Program-made: the position numbers and the translations under genes
The notes under the pieces: generated by a model
Databases searched by the model: none
What the model saw: only the letters and a program-made list of their open reading frames with translations
What the model was told of the DNA's origin: nothing
Assembly: GCA_005779395.1 (NCBI GenBank)
Contig: SXJP01000040.1
Location: 16,970-80,969, forward strand
From: Actinomycetota bacterium
GTDB lineage: Bacteria > Actinomycetota > Acidimicrobiia > IMCC26256 > PALSA-610
Length of the DNA: 64,000 nt
Reading direction: 5' to 3'
Part shown: piece after piece, positions 1-11,678 of the stretch
Numbering within the stretch: the stretch's first letter is position 1
Layout: each line of letters opens with the position of its first letter

Positions 1-889
1 CTGATTCGCGAGTCTCTTGGAGACGAACCCAGTAGCGGGCGAAGCTGTCGCCATCTGAGTGGGTCCAGACTTTCCAGTCGAGGTCGTTATAGACGAGGTA
101 CGGCTTGCCGTCGCGACGTAGGTCCCAGTCGACTCCGCTAGCGCGCAGGTTCGAGCCGGACACGCCATAGCTCGCGCCGAGTTCGGCCGGAATGATTCCG
201 ATTCCGCGCGTGCGCTTCTGAAAGATTGGGTTAGAGACAACGAGATCTTCGAACTCGTCGCAGCTCTTGAGAACCTTTCGCATTGATTCGCGGGTCTCGG
301 CGATCCAGCCCCAAGGCAAGTCATCTTTGAGGCCGCCGATGCGATTGAAGTTCGGGTGGAAACGACCACCGGTAGCGGACTCGATTGCATTGAGCACGTA
401 CTCACGATCGCGGAAACCGTAGAAAGCAGGAGTGATCGCTCCGACCTGAAGGCCCATCTCGCCGAGGAACAACAAGAAGGTCGCAATACGTGAAAGTTCG
501 GTAAGAGCGGTGCGAATGTACTCAGCTCGCGGAGGAGCCTCAATACCCATGAGTTGTTCGGCGGCGTGGACGAACGGGACTTCGTTCGCGAAGCTGCTTA
601 GCCAGTCGATGCGATTGATGAGAGTTGTGATCTGCGGATAAGTGCGGTATTCCGTGAGTTTTTCGTATCCGCGGTGCATGTAGCCGATGACCACATCGCT
701 AGCTACGACACGCTCGCCATCGAGACGCACAACAAGTCGCAGGGTTCCGTGGGTAGCAGGGTGTTGCGGCCCAAGGTTCAAGATCATGTCGCCGTTGTCG
801 ATTTCGACGTTGAGACGCGCATCGGCGAGACCGCGGTGAACTGCGGGATCGACCTCGAATTTCGGCATCTGGGGCGATGTAGTTGTCAC
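1..889 (-). CDS. nuoD: NADH-quinone oxidoreductase subunit D, second copy (runs off left edge)
   Basis: Not in the ORF track. Manual translation from GTG 889 (GTGA overlap with the nuoC stop) gives MTTTSPQ...MILNLGPQHPATHGTLRL...GYMHRGYEKLTEYRTY...RIDW. Confidence 0.93.
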   Translation of the reverse strand, partial: MTTTSPQMPKFEVDPAVHRGLADARLNVEIDNGDMILNLGPQHPATHGTLRLVVRLDGERVVASDVVIGYMHRGYEKLTEYRTYPQITTLINRIDWLSSFANEVPFVHAAEQLMGIEAPPRAEYIRTALTELSRIATFLLFLGEMGLQVGAITPAFYGFRDREYVLNAIESATGGRFHPNFNRIGGLKDDLPWGWIAETRESMRKVLKSCDEFEDLVVSNPIFQKRTRGIGIIPAELGASYGVSGSNLRASGVDWDLRRDGKPYLVYNDLDWKVWTHSDGDSFARYWVRLQETRES

Positions 890-1536
890 TCGGCCTCTTC
901 TTCGACGTCTTCGCCAGGCATCGGCTCAACATTCACAAGACCTGGCCATGGCTTCACTTCGCGCGCAAGCAACGGAAAATCTTTGCGCAAAGGATTGCCT
1001 TCGAATTCCGCTGGCAGATATAGGTGGCGCAGGCTTGGGTGGCCATTGAACCCAATGCCCAACATCTCCCATGTTTCGCGTTCATGCCAATCGGCACCGG
1101 GGTAAATCGAAACCCAGGAATCGACAGCAGGCGATTCCTCATCGAGATCGACCTTGAGGGTAAGGCCCGATCGGGGAACGCTCGTGGACGCAACACGGGC
1201 GAAGACTTGGAAGCGCCCAGCACTGCCAGCAGCGCCGTAGGTCTGCTCTGCTGGTTGCACTGGCGAACTCGTGTCGCCTGCCTCGCCACCAACGACCGGA
1301 GCTGGCATCCAGTCGATACCGCCGATGAAAGATAGGTAGTTGAATCCAAGTGCACCACGACAGGCTTTGGCGGCTTCGCGCCAGCTTGCGTTAGCAACAC
1401 GCACAACTAGATCGCCTACGGCCTGTGCACTTTCGATTATTGCTTCGGCACCCAACGCAGCTGAAACTCGACCCAATAGCTCAAGGTTTTCGGGGCTCAT
1501 CGTTGCGCCCACTTCTACTTCTGTGTTTTCACTCAC
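886..1536 (-). CDS. nuoC: NADH-quinone oxidoreductase subunit C, second copy
   Basis: [39 protein letters not shown]; GTG 1536 overlaps the nuoB stop. Confidence 0.92.
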   Translation of the reverse strand: MSENTEVEVGATMSPENLELLGRVSAALGAEAIIESAQAVGDLVVRVANASWREAAKACRGALGFNYLSFIGGIDWMPAPVVGGEAGDTSSPVQPAEQTYGAAGSAGRFQVFARVASTSVPRSGLTLKVDLDEESPAVDSWVSIYPGADWHERETWEMLGIGFNGHPSLRHLYLPAEFEGNPLRKDFPLLAREVKPWPGLVNVEPMPGEDVEEEAE

Positions 1537-2063
1537 GCCGGAACTTCTCCGCCACCAACAACGATTGGTTCCCAGTGCTTGCCTTGCCAGCGTTCGGCCG
1601 GGTCTTCTCGCTGAATGCGTTCCTGCAACATCACGATGCCCTGCACGAATGCCTCGGGCCGCGGTGGACACCCGGGGATATACACATCGACAGGGATTAT
1701 CTGATCGACGCCCTTCGTAACCGAATAGCTATCCCAGTAAGGTCCGCCACAGTTCGCGCAACTACCCATCGAGATTACGTACTTCGGGTCTGGCATCTGT
1801 TCGTACAAACGACGAATTGCTGGTGCCATCTTGTCTGTGACAGTGCCGCTGATGACTATGAGGTCGGCTTGGCGTGGGCTAGCAGGGAATGGAATTACAC
1901 CCAGGCGCATGACGTCGTAGCGCGGACCAGCGAGCGCAGCGCCCATCTCGATTGCGCAACACGCAAGGCCCCACTGGAACATCCAGAGTGAATACTTACG
2001 CGAGTACTTAAGGAGTTCGCCTACGGGCTTTAGAGGCCCGCTACGCAAAGCACCACCAGACAT
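1533..2063 (-). CDS. nuoB: NADH-quinone oxidoreductase subunit B, second copy
   Basis: [31 protein letters not shown]; ATG 2063 overlaps the nuoA stop (TGATG). Confidence 0.95.
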   Translation of the reverse strand: MSGGALRSGPLKPVGELLKYSRKYSLWMFQWGLACCAIEMGAALAGPRYDVMRLGVIPFPASPRQADLIVISGTVTDKMAPAIRRLYEQMPDPKYVISMGSCANCGGPYWDSYSVTKGVDQIIPVDVYIPGCPPRPEAFVQGIVMLQERIQREDPAERWQGKHWEPIVVGGGEVPA

Positions 2064-2443
2064 CAGGCCCACTTGAGTAAGCCCTTCCTCCAGAGATAGC
2101 CAAGGCCGGCAACAAGCACTGCAGTGAAAATCGAAATCTCGACGAACCCGAACCAACCGAGACCGCTACCTGCGTCGGCGTCAACTGCCCAAGGAAACAA
2201 GAAGACGGTCTCGACGTCGAATATCACGAACAGCAATGCGTATAGGTAATACCGAACATTCTGCTGGCCAAACTGTCCGAAAGGATCGGAACCAGATTCG
2301 TAAGTTATGTACTTCTGATCCTGCGGTCGTGTCGGCCGCAACAGGACGCCAACACCGAGCATCGCTCCGACCATCACCATCGCGGCAACTGCGAACACCG
2401 CAACTGTGAGGTATTGCCTGTAGAACTCGGTCATTGTCTCCAT
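2063..2443 (-). CDS. nuoA: NADH-quinone oxidoreductase subunit A, second copy
   Basis: [26 protein letters not shown]; start at 2443 or 2434. Confidence 0.92.
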   Translation of the reverse strand: METMTEFYRQYLTVAVFAVAAMVMVGAMLGVGVLLRPTRPQDQKYITYESGSDPFGQFGQQNVRYYLYALLFVIFDVETVFLFPWAVDADAGSGLGWFGFVEISIFTAVLVAGLGYLWRKGLLKWA

Positions 2444-2644
2444 CGCTCCCAATCCGCGCGGGAAAGGGAACCTTTCGAATTTCGGATCTCTCGTCTCAAT
2501 CTGACGACTGCCCGCGGAGTATAAAGCCACAGATTTTGAATGGAGCGGATCGGACACACAGGAAATGTCTATTACTTCGCGGACCTATTCGGCCGATGCA
2601 CGCGGAGTACATCAACATGGGGCCAACACTGGGACAAGCAGCAC

Positions 2645-3616
2645 ATGATGCGACGGGCCAGACCATCTGAAGAACTCGCCGAGGCACCGCTAGACCGCGG
2701 ATCCAAAGTTGCTTTCGTGCTGTCCGGCGGAGGCAACCAGGGCGTCGGCCAGGTCGGCATGTTACGCGCACTTATCGAAGCTGGCATCACTCCAGATGTG
2801 ATCGTCGGTTGCTCTGCAGGCGCTCTCAACGGCGCGGCACTCGCATACGCACCCAACCTGACAGGCGTGGCTCGTCTTGCGAGCGTCTGGGGCGATCTCA
2901 AAGGCTCTGAAGTTTTCCCCGGTTCGAAATTCACTCGCGCATGGAGTGTCGTGCGACACGGGACACACCTATTTGACAACGGCGGCCTACAAAAGGTGAT
3001 TCGTACAGGATCAGCAGCGCGCTCTTTCGCTGACCTATCCGTGCCGTTGCGGGTTGTTGCAGCCGACCTCGACACCGGCGACGAGGTTGTCTTCGTCCGC
3101 GGTCCACTTGAACCAGCGCTACTTGCTTCTGCTGCTCTGCCAGGCGTGTTCCCGATCATCGAACACGACAATCGCCGCCTTGTCGACGGTGGCATCGTCA
3201 ACGCCGTACCGCTATGGCATGCACTTTGTGGTCCATGCGACAAGATCTATGTACTGAACGTGTCGCACAGCTCGGGAATTCAGGCGTTCCGTTCACCGTT
3301 AGACGTCGTCATGGCATCTTTCTCTCATTCAAGAAACTTGCGTTACAAGCTCGAACGTCGCCACGTACCGGACGGCCCGGAAATCTTCGAAATGCCTCAC
3401 CCGACGGACAACCGCGAACTGTTTGACTTCACGGGGGCAGAGGGAATCATCGAAGAAGGCTACGAACTAGGTCGCGAGTTCTTAGCGGCCCAAGTCGAGC
3501 GCGCCGCGAACAGCCACGCCGTCCAACAAGAGGCCTGGACAAACAAGAAACGCCGCTCCAAGTTTCGCTTCGGGAGTGGCCACGCGGCCACAGGCCACGA
3601 GCGCGCAGCCTCTTGA
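2645..3616 (+). CDS. Patatin-like phospholipase
   Basis: GGGNQG, GCSAG nucleophile elbow and DGG motifs; start uncertain. Confidence 0.88.
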   Translation: MMRRARPSEELAEAPLDRGSKVAFVLSGGGNQGVGQVGMLRALIEAGITPDVIVGCSAGALNGAALAYAPNLTGVARLASVWGDLKGSEVFPGSKFTRAWSVVRHGTHLFDNGGLQKVIRTGSAARSFADLSVPLRVVAADLDTGDEVVFVRGPLEPALLASAALPGVFPIIEHDNRRLVDGGIVNAVPLWHALCGPCDKIYVLNVSHSSGIQAFRSPLDVVMASFSHSRNLRYKLERRHVPDGPEIFEMPHPTDNRELFDFTGAEGIIEEGYELGREFLAAQVERAANSHAVQQEAWTNKKRRSKFRFGSGHAATGHERAAS

Positions 3617-3617
3617 A

Positions 3618-5336
3618 TCAGCCAGCCAAGATGCTCGTCGCGTGTTCTGCGACATCAAGCAACCAGCCAGGCACAACCCCGAACAACAACACCAGCGCTG
3701 CGGTTAGCGAGATCGTGATCCGAACAGGTAGGTCGACGGTCAGACGGTTGCCTTCGACAGGAGTGGCCGACCCGTGCTCGTCGCCCGAATACATGCTCAG
3801 CACGATCCGTAAGTAAACGAAGGCAGCCACAGTTGCGCTCAACATACCGATAAGCGCAATCTGGAATTGCCCGGCATCTACGGCGGCCTTGAAGACTGTG
3901 AGTTTCGCGACAAAGCCAGCCGTTAGCGGCACGCCTGCTTGAGCCAACAAGAACAGTGTGAGGAGGCCAGCCAACACAGGCTCCTTGCGGGCAAGCCCCT
4001 TGTAGTCATCGAGTGACGAATCGGTCTCTCTCGCTCGACCAACAACTTGAATGACAGCAAACGCCCCAACTGCCATCAGCATATAGATACCTAAGTAGAA
4101 CAGCGCAGCGCTAGTACCGCCGAGGCCACCGTTTGACTCTGTAGCGACCTGAACCCCGATTAGCACGTAACCCGCGTGCGCGATTGACGAGTACGCGAGC
4201 ATTCGCTTGACGTCGGTCTGAACGATTGCAGCGACCGAGCCGACGATCATGGAGACGATAGCGAGTCCGTAAACGGCCGGCCGCCAGTCGGTCTGGAGAA
4301 GATCGAACGACCCAACGAATATTCGCAGCAGTGCTCCAAACGCCGCGACTTTGGTAGCGCCCGCCATGAATGCAGTGACAGGCGTCGGGGCACCCTGATA
4401 CACATCTGGTGTCCACATGTGAAATGGTGCAGCCGCGACTTTGAATCCAAGCCCAACGAGCATCAGTGCGAAACCAACCATCAACAGGCCATTGTCTCCC
4501 CCAACAAGACCTGTGAGGGATTCGCGAATCGTGACGAGGTTGGTAGAGCCCGTAGCTCCGTAGGTGAGGGCGACGCCGTAAAGAAAAATCGCGGAACTGA
4601 ACGCGCCAAGCAAGAAATACTTGAGACCAGCCTCTTGACTCTCGATCCTGTGTCGGTCGAAGGCAGTCATGACATACAGAGCTATCGAGAACACTTCGAG
4701 AGCGACAAAGACAACTATGAGGTCGTTCGCTGACGCCATGACGAGCATTCCCGTAGCGCAGAGCAACAAAAGAGCCAGGAACTCTGGTCCTTCGAGTTGT
4801 TCGCGCCTGATCCAACTCGTCCCTAGCAACAGGCCAAAGACCGTTGCAACAAGTACAACACCCATTACGAATACAGCCATGCCGTCGACCGCCACGGCTC
4901 CTGCCATCGATGTGAATGAACCGCTGGTGCGCACGACGTTCCACTGCGCGACCGTTATTGCAACCGCGCTGATGACACCAGCAAGTGCAATCACGAGAGA
5001 CGCTGCAAACGTATGTTTGCGCACAATGCTCACACCCATAGCGAAGGCCACCGAGCCGATACCGGCGAGCATCACGATGATGGAGAACACGTCGTGGTTG
5101 TAACGAATCGCAGAAAATCGTCCGAGCCAGAACTCGATCGGACCAGCGAAGGCACACAGCACTACCCAATCGTCTAAGTCATGTTGCAATGACCGGCCGC
5201 GCAACAACGATGCGAGCAGCACGATTGCTAATGCCGCCGTAAACAGGACAACAGGCGGACCTATTGCTAACCAGTCAATTTTCGGCACGGCGATCATGCG
5301 AGCGGCGTCTATTGGTTGTGTAAATAGCGCCAACAT
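3618..5336 (-). CDS. nuoN: NADH-quinone oxidoreductase subunit N
   Basis: EAGLKYFLLG, GFKVAAAPFHMWTPDVYQGAPTP, KRMLAYSSIAH. Confidence 0.95.
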   Translation of the reverse strand: MLALFTQPIDAARMIAVPKIDWLAIGPPVVLFTAALAIVLLASLLRGRSLQHDLDDWVVLCAFAGPIEFWLGRFSAIRYNHDVFSIIVMLAGIGSVAFAMGVSIVRKHTFAASLVIALAGVISAVAITVAQWNVVRTSGSFTSMAGAVAVDGMAVFVMGVVLVATVFGLLLGTSWIRREQLEGPEFLALLLLCATGMLVMASANDLIVVFVALEVFSIALYVMTAFDRHRIESQEAGLKYFLLGAFSSAIFLYGVALTYGATGSTNLVTIRESLTGLVGGDNGLLMVGFALMLVGLGFKVAAAPFHMWTPDVYQGAPTPVTAFMAGATKVAAFGALLRIFVGSFDLLQTDWRPAVYGLAIVSMIVGSVAAIVQTDVKRMLAYSSIAHAGYVLIGVQVATESNGGLGGTSAALFYLGIYMLMAVGAFAVIQVVGRARETDSSLDDYKGLARKEPVLAGLLTLFLLAQAGVPLTAGFVAKLTVFKAAVDAGQFQIALIGMLSATVAAFVYLRIVLSMYSGDEHGSATPVEGNRLTVDLPVRITISLTAALVLLFGVVPGWLLDVAEHATSILAG

Positions 5337-6943
5337 CAGTGACTCGCCGCCTCTTCGTTGGGTGAGTCGTTGTGTACATCGACCGGTTCAGGATTTGGCG
5401 ATTCGGGCTCTATGTAGCCAGTCGAATTTTCGAGATGCCCCATGAAATCTTCGACTGTCACTTTCATTCGGTCGAGCACCGGTTGCGGGTAAAAGCCTAA
5501 GAACAACGACAATCCGAGAAGCGGACCAACGCAAACCAACTCGCGCAGGGAGATGTCGCGTAGGCCAACGTTCTCGCCTGTCGGTTCTCCAGTGAAACTG
5601 CGCTGGAAGGCCCACAGCAAATACACCGCTGCGAGGATCACGCCACTAGTGGCAACGACTGCCCACCAGGGTCGAGTCACATAGGTCCCGAGCAAACTCA
5701 TGAACTCGCCGACGAAACCAGAGAAACCAGGAAGTCCGATCGATGCAAACGTCGCAACTAGGAACAACGCTGATAACACCGGAATCGATTTCCATAACCC
5801 ACCGAAATCTGCGATCAGACGAGTGTGTCGCCTGTCGTAAAGCATGCCGACGAGCAGGAACAGCGCACCAGTCGTGAGGCCGTGGCTGAGCATCGTGAAT
5901 AATCCACCGAGAATCGCTGGTGTCGTTAGGGCAAACGTCCCCATCACGACAAACCCGAGGTGAGCGACAGATGAATATGCAATGAGGCGCTTCAAGTCTG
6001 GTTGCATCGTCGCCACGATTGCTCCGTACACAATGCCAACTACTGAGAGCGTGAGAAGTACGGGCGCGAAGTAGTGAGCAGCTGCAGGGAACATTGGGAT
6101 CGCGAACCTCAAGAAGCCGTAAGTACCCATTTTTAGAAGTACTCCGGCTAGCACGACTGAGCCTGCGGTCGGTGCCTCTGTATGAGCGTCGGGCAACCAT
6201 GTGTGTAACGGGAACAACGGCACCTTGACCGCGAATGACACTGCAAATGCCAGGAACAACAAGCGCGCGGTGCGCGTCGAGATTGCACCATCGGTCGAGA
6301 TCCACTCTGTGATGTTGCCTACGTCAAAAGTTAGAGCGTGGCCGGACTTCGTATACAGATAGGCCACGGTGAGAATTCCGACGAACAGAAACGCAGAACC
6401 AGCCATCGTGTAAAGGAAAAACTTCGTGGCGGCATATGCACGGTTGCCGTGACCCCACCCTGCGATCAAGAAGTACATCGGCACGAGGACAAGTTCGAAG
6501 AATATGAAAAATACGACAAGGTCCAACGCTGCGAATACTCCGACAACGCTCGCCTGCAGCATCAACATCCAAGTCGCGAACTCTTTGAATTTTGGTTCGT
6601 TGACACTCGCCAACAACCCAATCGGGAACAACACTGCCGTGAGCACGACCATGAACAACGAAATCCCGTCGATTCCTAACGAGAAACGAACTCCGAGATT
6701 GCCAATCCAATTGTGGCTGACGTCGAACTGATAGCCGTGCGTCGCTTTATCGAACGCCGCAAGCATCCACAGAGACATCCCAAGAGTTGTTGCAGAGACC
6801 AGAAACGCAACTGCCTTCGCCCACTCTGGTCGATGTTTCGGCGTGAGCATCGTTGCAATCGCGCCAACAAAGGGCAGGACGATCAGGAATGTCAACAGCG
6901 GAAAATCGCGTGCGCGTTCGACAACGACAGTAGAGGCCAGCAT
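5336..6943 (-). CDS. nuoM: NADH-quinone oxidoreductase subunit M
   Basis: KVPLFPLHTWLPDAHTEAPT, LLKMGTYG, KRLIAYSSVAH. Confidence 0.95.
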   Translation of the reverse strand: MLASTVVVERARDFPLLTFLIVLPFVGAIATMLTPKHRPEWAKAVAFLVSATTLGMSLWMLAAFDKATHGYQFDVSHNWIGNLGVRFSLGIDGISLFMVVLTAVLFPIGLLASVNEPKFKEFATWMLMLQASVVGVFAALDLVVFFIFFELVLVPMYFLIAGWGHGNRAYAATKFFLYTMAGSAFLFVGILTVAYLYTKSGHALTFDVGNITEWISTDGAISTRTARLLFLAFAVSFAVKVPLFPLHTWLPDAHTEAPTAGSVVLAGVLLKMGTYGFLRFAIPMFPAAAHYFAPVLLTLSVVGIVYGAIVATMQPDLKRLIAYSSVAHLGFVVMGTFALTTPAILGGLFTMLSHGLTTGALFLLVGMLYDRRHTRLIADFGGLWKSIPVLSALFLVATFASIGLPGFSGFVGEFMSLLGTYVTRPWWAVVATSGVILAAVYLLWAFQRSFTGEPTGENVGLRDISLRELVCVGPLLGLSLFLGFYPQPVLDRMKVTVEDFMGHLENSTGYIEPESPNPEPVDVHNDSPNEEAASH

Positions 6944-8899
6944 CTAGAAATCCACCCGCGTCGCGAACCAGCCGAGCAATGCCACGGCACCCAACATGAT
7001 CCCGAGCGCGTAGCTACGCACCCGCCCTGTCTGCACTCGGCGCAATCCGCCACCAAGTTCTTTGAACGCTCGACCTGTGCCATTTACAGCACCATCGATA
7101 AGCCTGCGGTCGACCGTGTCTGTAAGGAAGTTTGCAGCACCAGTGAGCGGCCCACTAACGGCTTTCGCGATGCCGGCATCGATGTAGTACGCGTTTTCCA
7201 ACACCTTGCCGAAACCAGCCAAGCGGGTCTCTACTGGATCTGTTCCATCTTCAGCAAGGCCGCCTGAGTACACCCTGCGGCCGATCGCGATACCCGTTAT
7301 GCCGATCACGATTGCACCGACCGAAAGCGCGAAACCAAGTCCGAAAGACGAAGCCTCAATATGGCTCGCACCCTCTAGTGATGGTTCGAGCCATCGCACG
7401 AGAAACTCGAGGTTTGGGCTAGTGAACGGCAGCGACAGAAAACCACCGACGATCGAGAGGCCTGACAACACGACGAGCGGCAACACCATCGTCATCGGTG
7501 ATTCGTGCGGATTTACGGCATGGTCGCCCTCTGAGTCGTACCGCGCATTACCGAAAAACACGAGCCAAACTTGGCGTGACATGTAGAACGCTGTGAGCAA
7601 CGCTGCTACCAAACCGATCGCCCATAGCGCTTTGCCGCCAGCGACATCGGAAAACCATGCCTTCGCGAGAATTTCGTCCTTGCTCCAGAAACCGGCGAAC
7701 GGCGGCACACCGGCAATTGCTAGCCAACCGATAATGAAAGTGCCAGCCGTGATCGGCATCGCTCGCTTCAAACCTCCCATGCGCCGCATGTCCTGTTCGT
7801 GGTGCATGCCATGAATGACTGAGCCAGCGCCCAAGAACAAAAGAGCCTTAAAGAACGCGTGCGTGACCATATGGAACAGGGCTGCTGAGTAACTACCTAC
7901 CCCAACAGCAAGGAACATGTAGCCGAGTTGACTCAAGGTTGAGTACGCAAGCACACGCTTGATGTCGTTCTGGCGAATCGCGATAGTGGCGGCACCGAGC
8001 GCTGTGATCGCACCAATCCACGCAACAACGTCGTTCGCTGAACCGCCAAGATCGAAAAACACATGTGCGCGGCTCACGAGAAAGACGCCAGCTGTGACCA
8101 TGGTTGCAGCATGGATGAGCGCAGATACCGGAGTCGGGCCTTCCATCGCATCGGGAAGCCAGATGTGCAATGGGAACTGAGCGCTCTTACCCATCGCGCC
8201 AACGAACAACAGCAAGGCGATCGCAGTAATCGTGCCTTGCGACAAGCCCGGCGCCGCTGGCAGTGCAGTCGCATAATCGAGTGAGCCGAGCTTCGAAAAA
8301 ATCAGGAACATCGCGATCATGAACCCGAAATCGCCGACACGGTTAGTGACGAAGGCCTTCTTGCCTGCGACTGCTGCTGAGTTGCGCTCGAACCAGAAAG
8401 AAATGAGCAGATACGAACAGAGCCCAACGCCTTCCCAGCCCATGAACGTCATTAGGAACGATGAGCCCAGTACGAGAACGAGCATCGACGCTGCGAACAA
8501 ATTGAGGTAAGCGAAGAATCGGCTGAACCGCGGGTCTCTTGCCATATATCCGATGGCATAAAGGTGGATGAGAGTTGAGATACCCGTGACGAACAAAATC
8601 ATCGTGATCGAGAGCGGATCTGCGAGGAACCCGAAACTCACGGTGAAATCGGAGTTCTTACCAATCGATGAAATCCATGTGAACCAGTTGTACACGTGGT
8701 GGCGTTCTTCGGAACCAAGACTTCCGAGCGCAAAGAAGGCAGCTACGGAACCAAGAAAAGACAGTGCCATTAGCGACGTCGCTAGATAGCCGGACTTCGG
8801 TTCGCCAATGCGTTTCCCGAATAGCAAGAGGACTACCGCTCCAATAGCTGGCAAGGTCGGGACTAGCCAAATGAGATCGAGTACGTCGAGCGCGTCCAT
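6944..8899 (-). CDS. nuoL: NADH-quinone oxidoreductase subunit L
   Basis: GWEGVGLCSY, GKSAQFPLHIWLPDAMEGPTPVSALIHAATMV, HAFFKALLF. Confidence 0.96.
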   Translation of the reverse strand: MDALDVLDLIWLVPTLPAIGAVVLLLFGKRIGEPKSGYLATSLMALSFLGSVAAFFALGSLGSEERHHVYNWFTWISSIGKNSDFTVSFGFLADPLSITMILFVTGISTLIHLYAIGYMARDPRFSRFFAYLNLFAASMLVLVLGSSFLMTFMGWEGVGLCSYLLISFWFERNSAAVAGKKAFVTNRVGDFGFMIAMFLIFSKLGSLDYATALPAAPGLSQGTITAIALLLFVGAMGKSAQFPLHIWLPDAMEGPTPVSALIHAATMVTAGVFLVSRAHVFFDLGGSANDVVAWIGAITALGAATIAIRQNDIKRVLAYSTLSQLGYMFLAVGVGSYSAALFHMVTHAFFKALLFLGAGSVIHGMHHEQDMRRMGGLKRAMPITAGTFIIGWLAIAGVPPFAGFWSKDEILAKAWFSDVAGGKALWAIGLVAALLTAFYMSRQVWLVFFGNARYDSEGDHAVNPHESPMTMVLPLVVLSGLSIVGGFLSLPFTSPNLEFLVRWLEPSLEGASHIEASSFGLGFALSVGAIVIGITGIAIGRRVYSGGLAEDGTDPVETRLAGFGKVLENAYYIDAGIAKAVSGPLTGAANFLTDTVDRRLIDGAVNGTGRAFKELGGGLRRVQTGRVRSYALGIMLGAVALLGWFATRVDF

Positions 8900-8900
8900 G

Positions 8901-9227
8901 TCAGCCCTTCAACAAATCGACATCATCGGCTGTGACGCCTTGGCGGCGGCGAAAGATCGCCACGATGATCGCGAGACCAACGGCAACTTCAGCCGCCGCA
9001 ACAACGAGAGTGAAGAACACGATCGCCTGGCCATGAGCATCGTTGAGTCGCTTAGCAAATGCAACGAACGTGAGGTTGACTGCGTTCAGCATTAGTTCTA
9101 CGCACATGAACATGATGAGCGTGTTGCGCCTAATCAAGAGTCCGACAGCACCAATCGTGAACATGAGCGCGCCGACGGCGAGGTAGTACTCGGTCGTGAT
9201 CTTGACTGCGCCTAGCAAAGGGGTCAT
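8901..9227 (-). CDS. nuoK: NADH-quinone oxidoreductase subunit K
   Basis: [23 protein letters not shown]; ATG 9227 overlaps the nuoJ stop. Confidence 0.95.
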   Translation of the reverse strand: MTPLLGAVKITTEYYLAVGALMFTIGAVGLLIRRNTLIMFMCVELMLNAVNLTFVAFAKRLNDAHGQAIVFFTLVVAAAEVAVGLAIIVAIFRRRQGVTADDVDLLKG

Positions 9228-9793
9228 GCGAGCGCCTCTCCGCTTGAGCGTGCGACACCAGATCGACTCCGCCTCGCAAGTACTACAGAACCGACAACAG
9301 CTATTACGAGCATCACCGAAACCGCTTCTACAGCCCATATGTAATCGGTGAACAACACCTTGGCGAGAGCCTCAACGTTGCCTTCATCTGCCGGTGCGAC
9401 ACCATCGGTTGCTGGCGCCGTCAAAGGATGGGTCTGCGGCGCAGTTCCTGCAGATAATTCTCGACCAGCGATAGTTCCAAGACCGACGAGCATCAAGATG
9501 CCGAGCAACACCGCGACGATACGTGCTGACTTGAAACTCGTGTCGCGTTCTTCTCGCTTGTCCACACCGAGCAGCATGATTACGAATAGAAACAGAACCG
9601 TTATCGCGCTCGCGTAAACAACGATCTGCACGATCGCAACCAGATCAGCGTCTTGTTGCAAAAACAGCACAGCAACCGAAATCATCGCTGCGACGAGCGA
9701 CAAAGCCGAGTAGACCGGGTGTCTGAACAGCACGACGCCGAGTGCACCACTGAGTACGAGTCCTGAGAAAATAAAGAACACAATGGCTTCCAT
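9224..9793 (-). CDS. nuoJ: NADH-quinone oxidoreductase subunit J
   Basis: [28 protein letters not shown]; operon position. Confidence 0.93.
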   Translation of the reverse strand: MEAIVFFIFSGLVLSGALGVVLFRHPVYSALSLVAAMISVAVLFLQQDADLVAIVQIVVYASAITVLFLFVIMLLGVDKREERDTSFKSARIVAVLLGILMLVGLGTIAGRELSAGTAPQTHPLTAPATDGVAPADEGNVEALAKVLFTDYIWAVEAVSVMLVIAVVGSVVLARRSRSGVARSSGEALA

Positions 9794-10455
9794 CAGTGAT
9801 CAGCCTTCGCGTTGTGGCCGTTGTGTGATTCTGTGGCATGGGTAGGCGCCAACGCAATGTTGCTATCGACGGTCTGGCCGTCCTCGGGCGCACGCACGCC
9901 GAAGCCAAGTTCTCCCGACCAGTTCACCCGGCCTTCGTAGTCAGAGCGACCCGAAGACGAGGTCGCGCGCATCCACGCACTCGTGTGGTCGTCTTCGTCA
10001 CCGCGCCAGTATTCCCACGGCATCCGTTTAGCCCGCCCGTCATCACCTACGAGTAGCTCGTTCTTGGTGTAGATCGCGTCTTGGCGGTTCGCGAAACTGA
10101 ACTCGAACAACTTGGTCTCGGTAATGGCTTGTGTCGGGCACGCCTCTACACAAAGGTCGCAGTGAATACACCGCAGGTAATTGATCTCGTATGTGAAACC
10201 GAACCGCTCGCCGGGGCTGACAGGGTTGTCCGGAGGGTTGTCGCCGCCTCGCACATAGATGCACTTGGCAGGGCAGACTCCAGCACATAGTTCACAGCCG
10301 ATGCACTTTTCCATGCCGTCTTCATAACGATTGAGAACGTGTCGGCCGTGAAGACGTTGAGGCTTTGCACGCTTCTCTTCTGGGTACGGAACCGTGACGC
10401 GCTTCTTCTTGCCCATCTGGCGAAGCGTCACTCCGAAACCTTTTGCAAGGCCCAT
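9793..10455 (-). CDS. nuoI: NADH-quinone oxidoreductase subunit I
   Basis: [12 protein letters not shown] and [12 protein letters not shown]; ATG 10455 overlaps the nuoH stop. Confidence 0.95.
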   Translation of the reverse strand: MGLAKGFGVTLRQMGKKKRVTVPYPEEKRAKPQRLHGRHVLNRYEDGMEKCIGCELCAGVCPAKCIYVRGGDNPPDNPVSPGERFGFTYEINYLRCIHCDLCVEACPTQAITETKLFEFSFANRQDAIYTKNELLVGDDGRAKRMPWEYWRGDEDDHTSAWMRATSSSGRSDYEGRVNWSGELGFGVRAPEDGQTVDSNIALAPTHATESHNGHNAKADH

Positions 10456-11678
10456 TAGCGGAACTCCTCCACCGTCTCGCCCGACTTGGGCATACACAAA
10501 TACAACAAGCCATACGCGGCACCGGCAATTCCAAACGACAGCACGCCAGCGGCCGCCGGATTCCAGCCACGATCGCCGAGCACGAGGATTCCAGCAGTCA
10601 CGAGCACCCAAAGAACGGCCAACTCGATGAGCCATTTCCATCCGAACGCCATGAGTTGGTCGTAGCGAAGTCGCGGGACAGATGCACGAAGCCACACCGT
10701 TCCGAACGTAAGCAAAAGCACCTTGCCTACGAACCAAAGAATAGGGACGACCGTGCCGTTAACCCATCCTGATTGACCAAACCGCGCTGGCATGAACATC
10801 GGACCGTTAGGGCCCCCAAGAAACAAAGTGACCGCGACAGCCGACATCGTTATGATGTTCATGAACTCAGCCAAGAAGAAGATCGCGAATCGGATACCCG
10901 AATACTCGGTTACGAATCCTCCGACGAGTTCTTGTTCGGCTTCAACAAAGTCGAATGGAGGGTGGTTCGTTTCTGCGATTGCAGCGATAATGAAAATTAC
11001 GAACCCGAGAGCCGCTGGCACGACATAGAAGTTGCTCAAGTTTTGCAGGATGCCATCGGTATTCGTCCACGATTGCTGGTTCACAATCTCACGCGTGCTC
11101 ATCGTTCCGGCACGCATAAGCACAGACAGGATGCCAAGGCCGAACGCCGCTTCGTACGACAACATTTGTGCGCTGGCTCGTACCGAACCAAGCAGCGGAT
11201 ACTTAGATCCAGACGACCAGCCTGCGAGCATCACCCCATAAACGGCGATACCCGAGCAACCGAGAATAAACATGGCCCCAATTGGTAGGTCGACAACCTG
11301 AAGGTACGTCTCGTGGCCGAGAACATTGATCTTGCCGCCAACCGGGATCACGCAAAACATCAGGAACGCTGGCAGGATCGAAAGATATGGCGCAAGTCTG
11401 AAAATTGGCTTGTCGGCCGAACTCGGTATCGACTGTTCCTTGAAGAAGAGTTTGATGCCGTCGGCGAGTGTCTGCAAGATCCCGAACGGACCCGCATTTG
11501 CTGGGCCTGTGCGGTTCTGCATGTCTGCGATCCACTTGCGCATACCCCAGATGTAAAGCATCACCGAAACGAGCAACACGACGAACGCGATGACAACCTT
11601 TAGTAATACGACTACGAAGATCGAGCCCCAAAGACCATCACCGTTAAACAGTGGGTCCGCTGCAAACAACGCGTTCAT
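10455..11678 (-). CDS. nuoH: NADH-quinone oxidoreductase subunit H
   Basis: [46 protein letters not shown]. Confidence 0.96.
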   Translation of the reverse strand: MNALFAADPLFNGDGLWGSIFVVVLLKVVIAFVVLLVSVMLYIWGMRKWIADMQNRTGPANAGPFGILQTLADGIKLFFKEQSIPSSADKPIFRLAPYLSILPAFLMFCVIPVGGKINVLGHETYLQVVDLPIGAMFILGCSGIAVYGVMLAGWSSGSKYPLLGSVRASAQMLSYEAAFGLGILSVLMRAGTMSTREIVNQQSWTNTDGILQNLSNFYVVPAALGFVIFIIAAIAETNHPPFDFVEAEQELVGGFVTEYSGIRFAIFFLAEFMNIITMSAVAVTLFLGGPNGPMFMPARFGQSGWVNGTVVPILWFVGKVLLLTFGTVWLRASVPRLRYDQLMAFGWKWLIELAVLWVLVTAGILVLGDRGWNPAAAGVLSFGIAGAAYGLLYLCMPKSGETVEEFR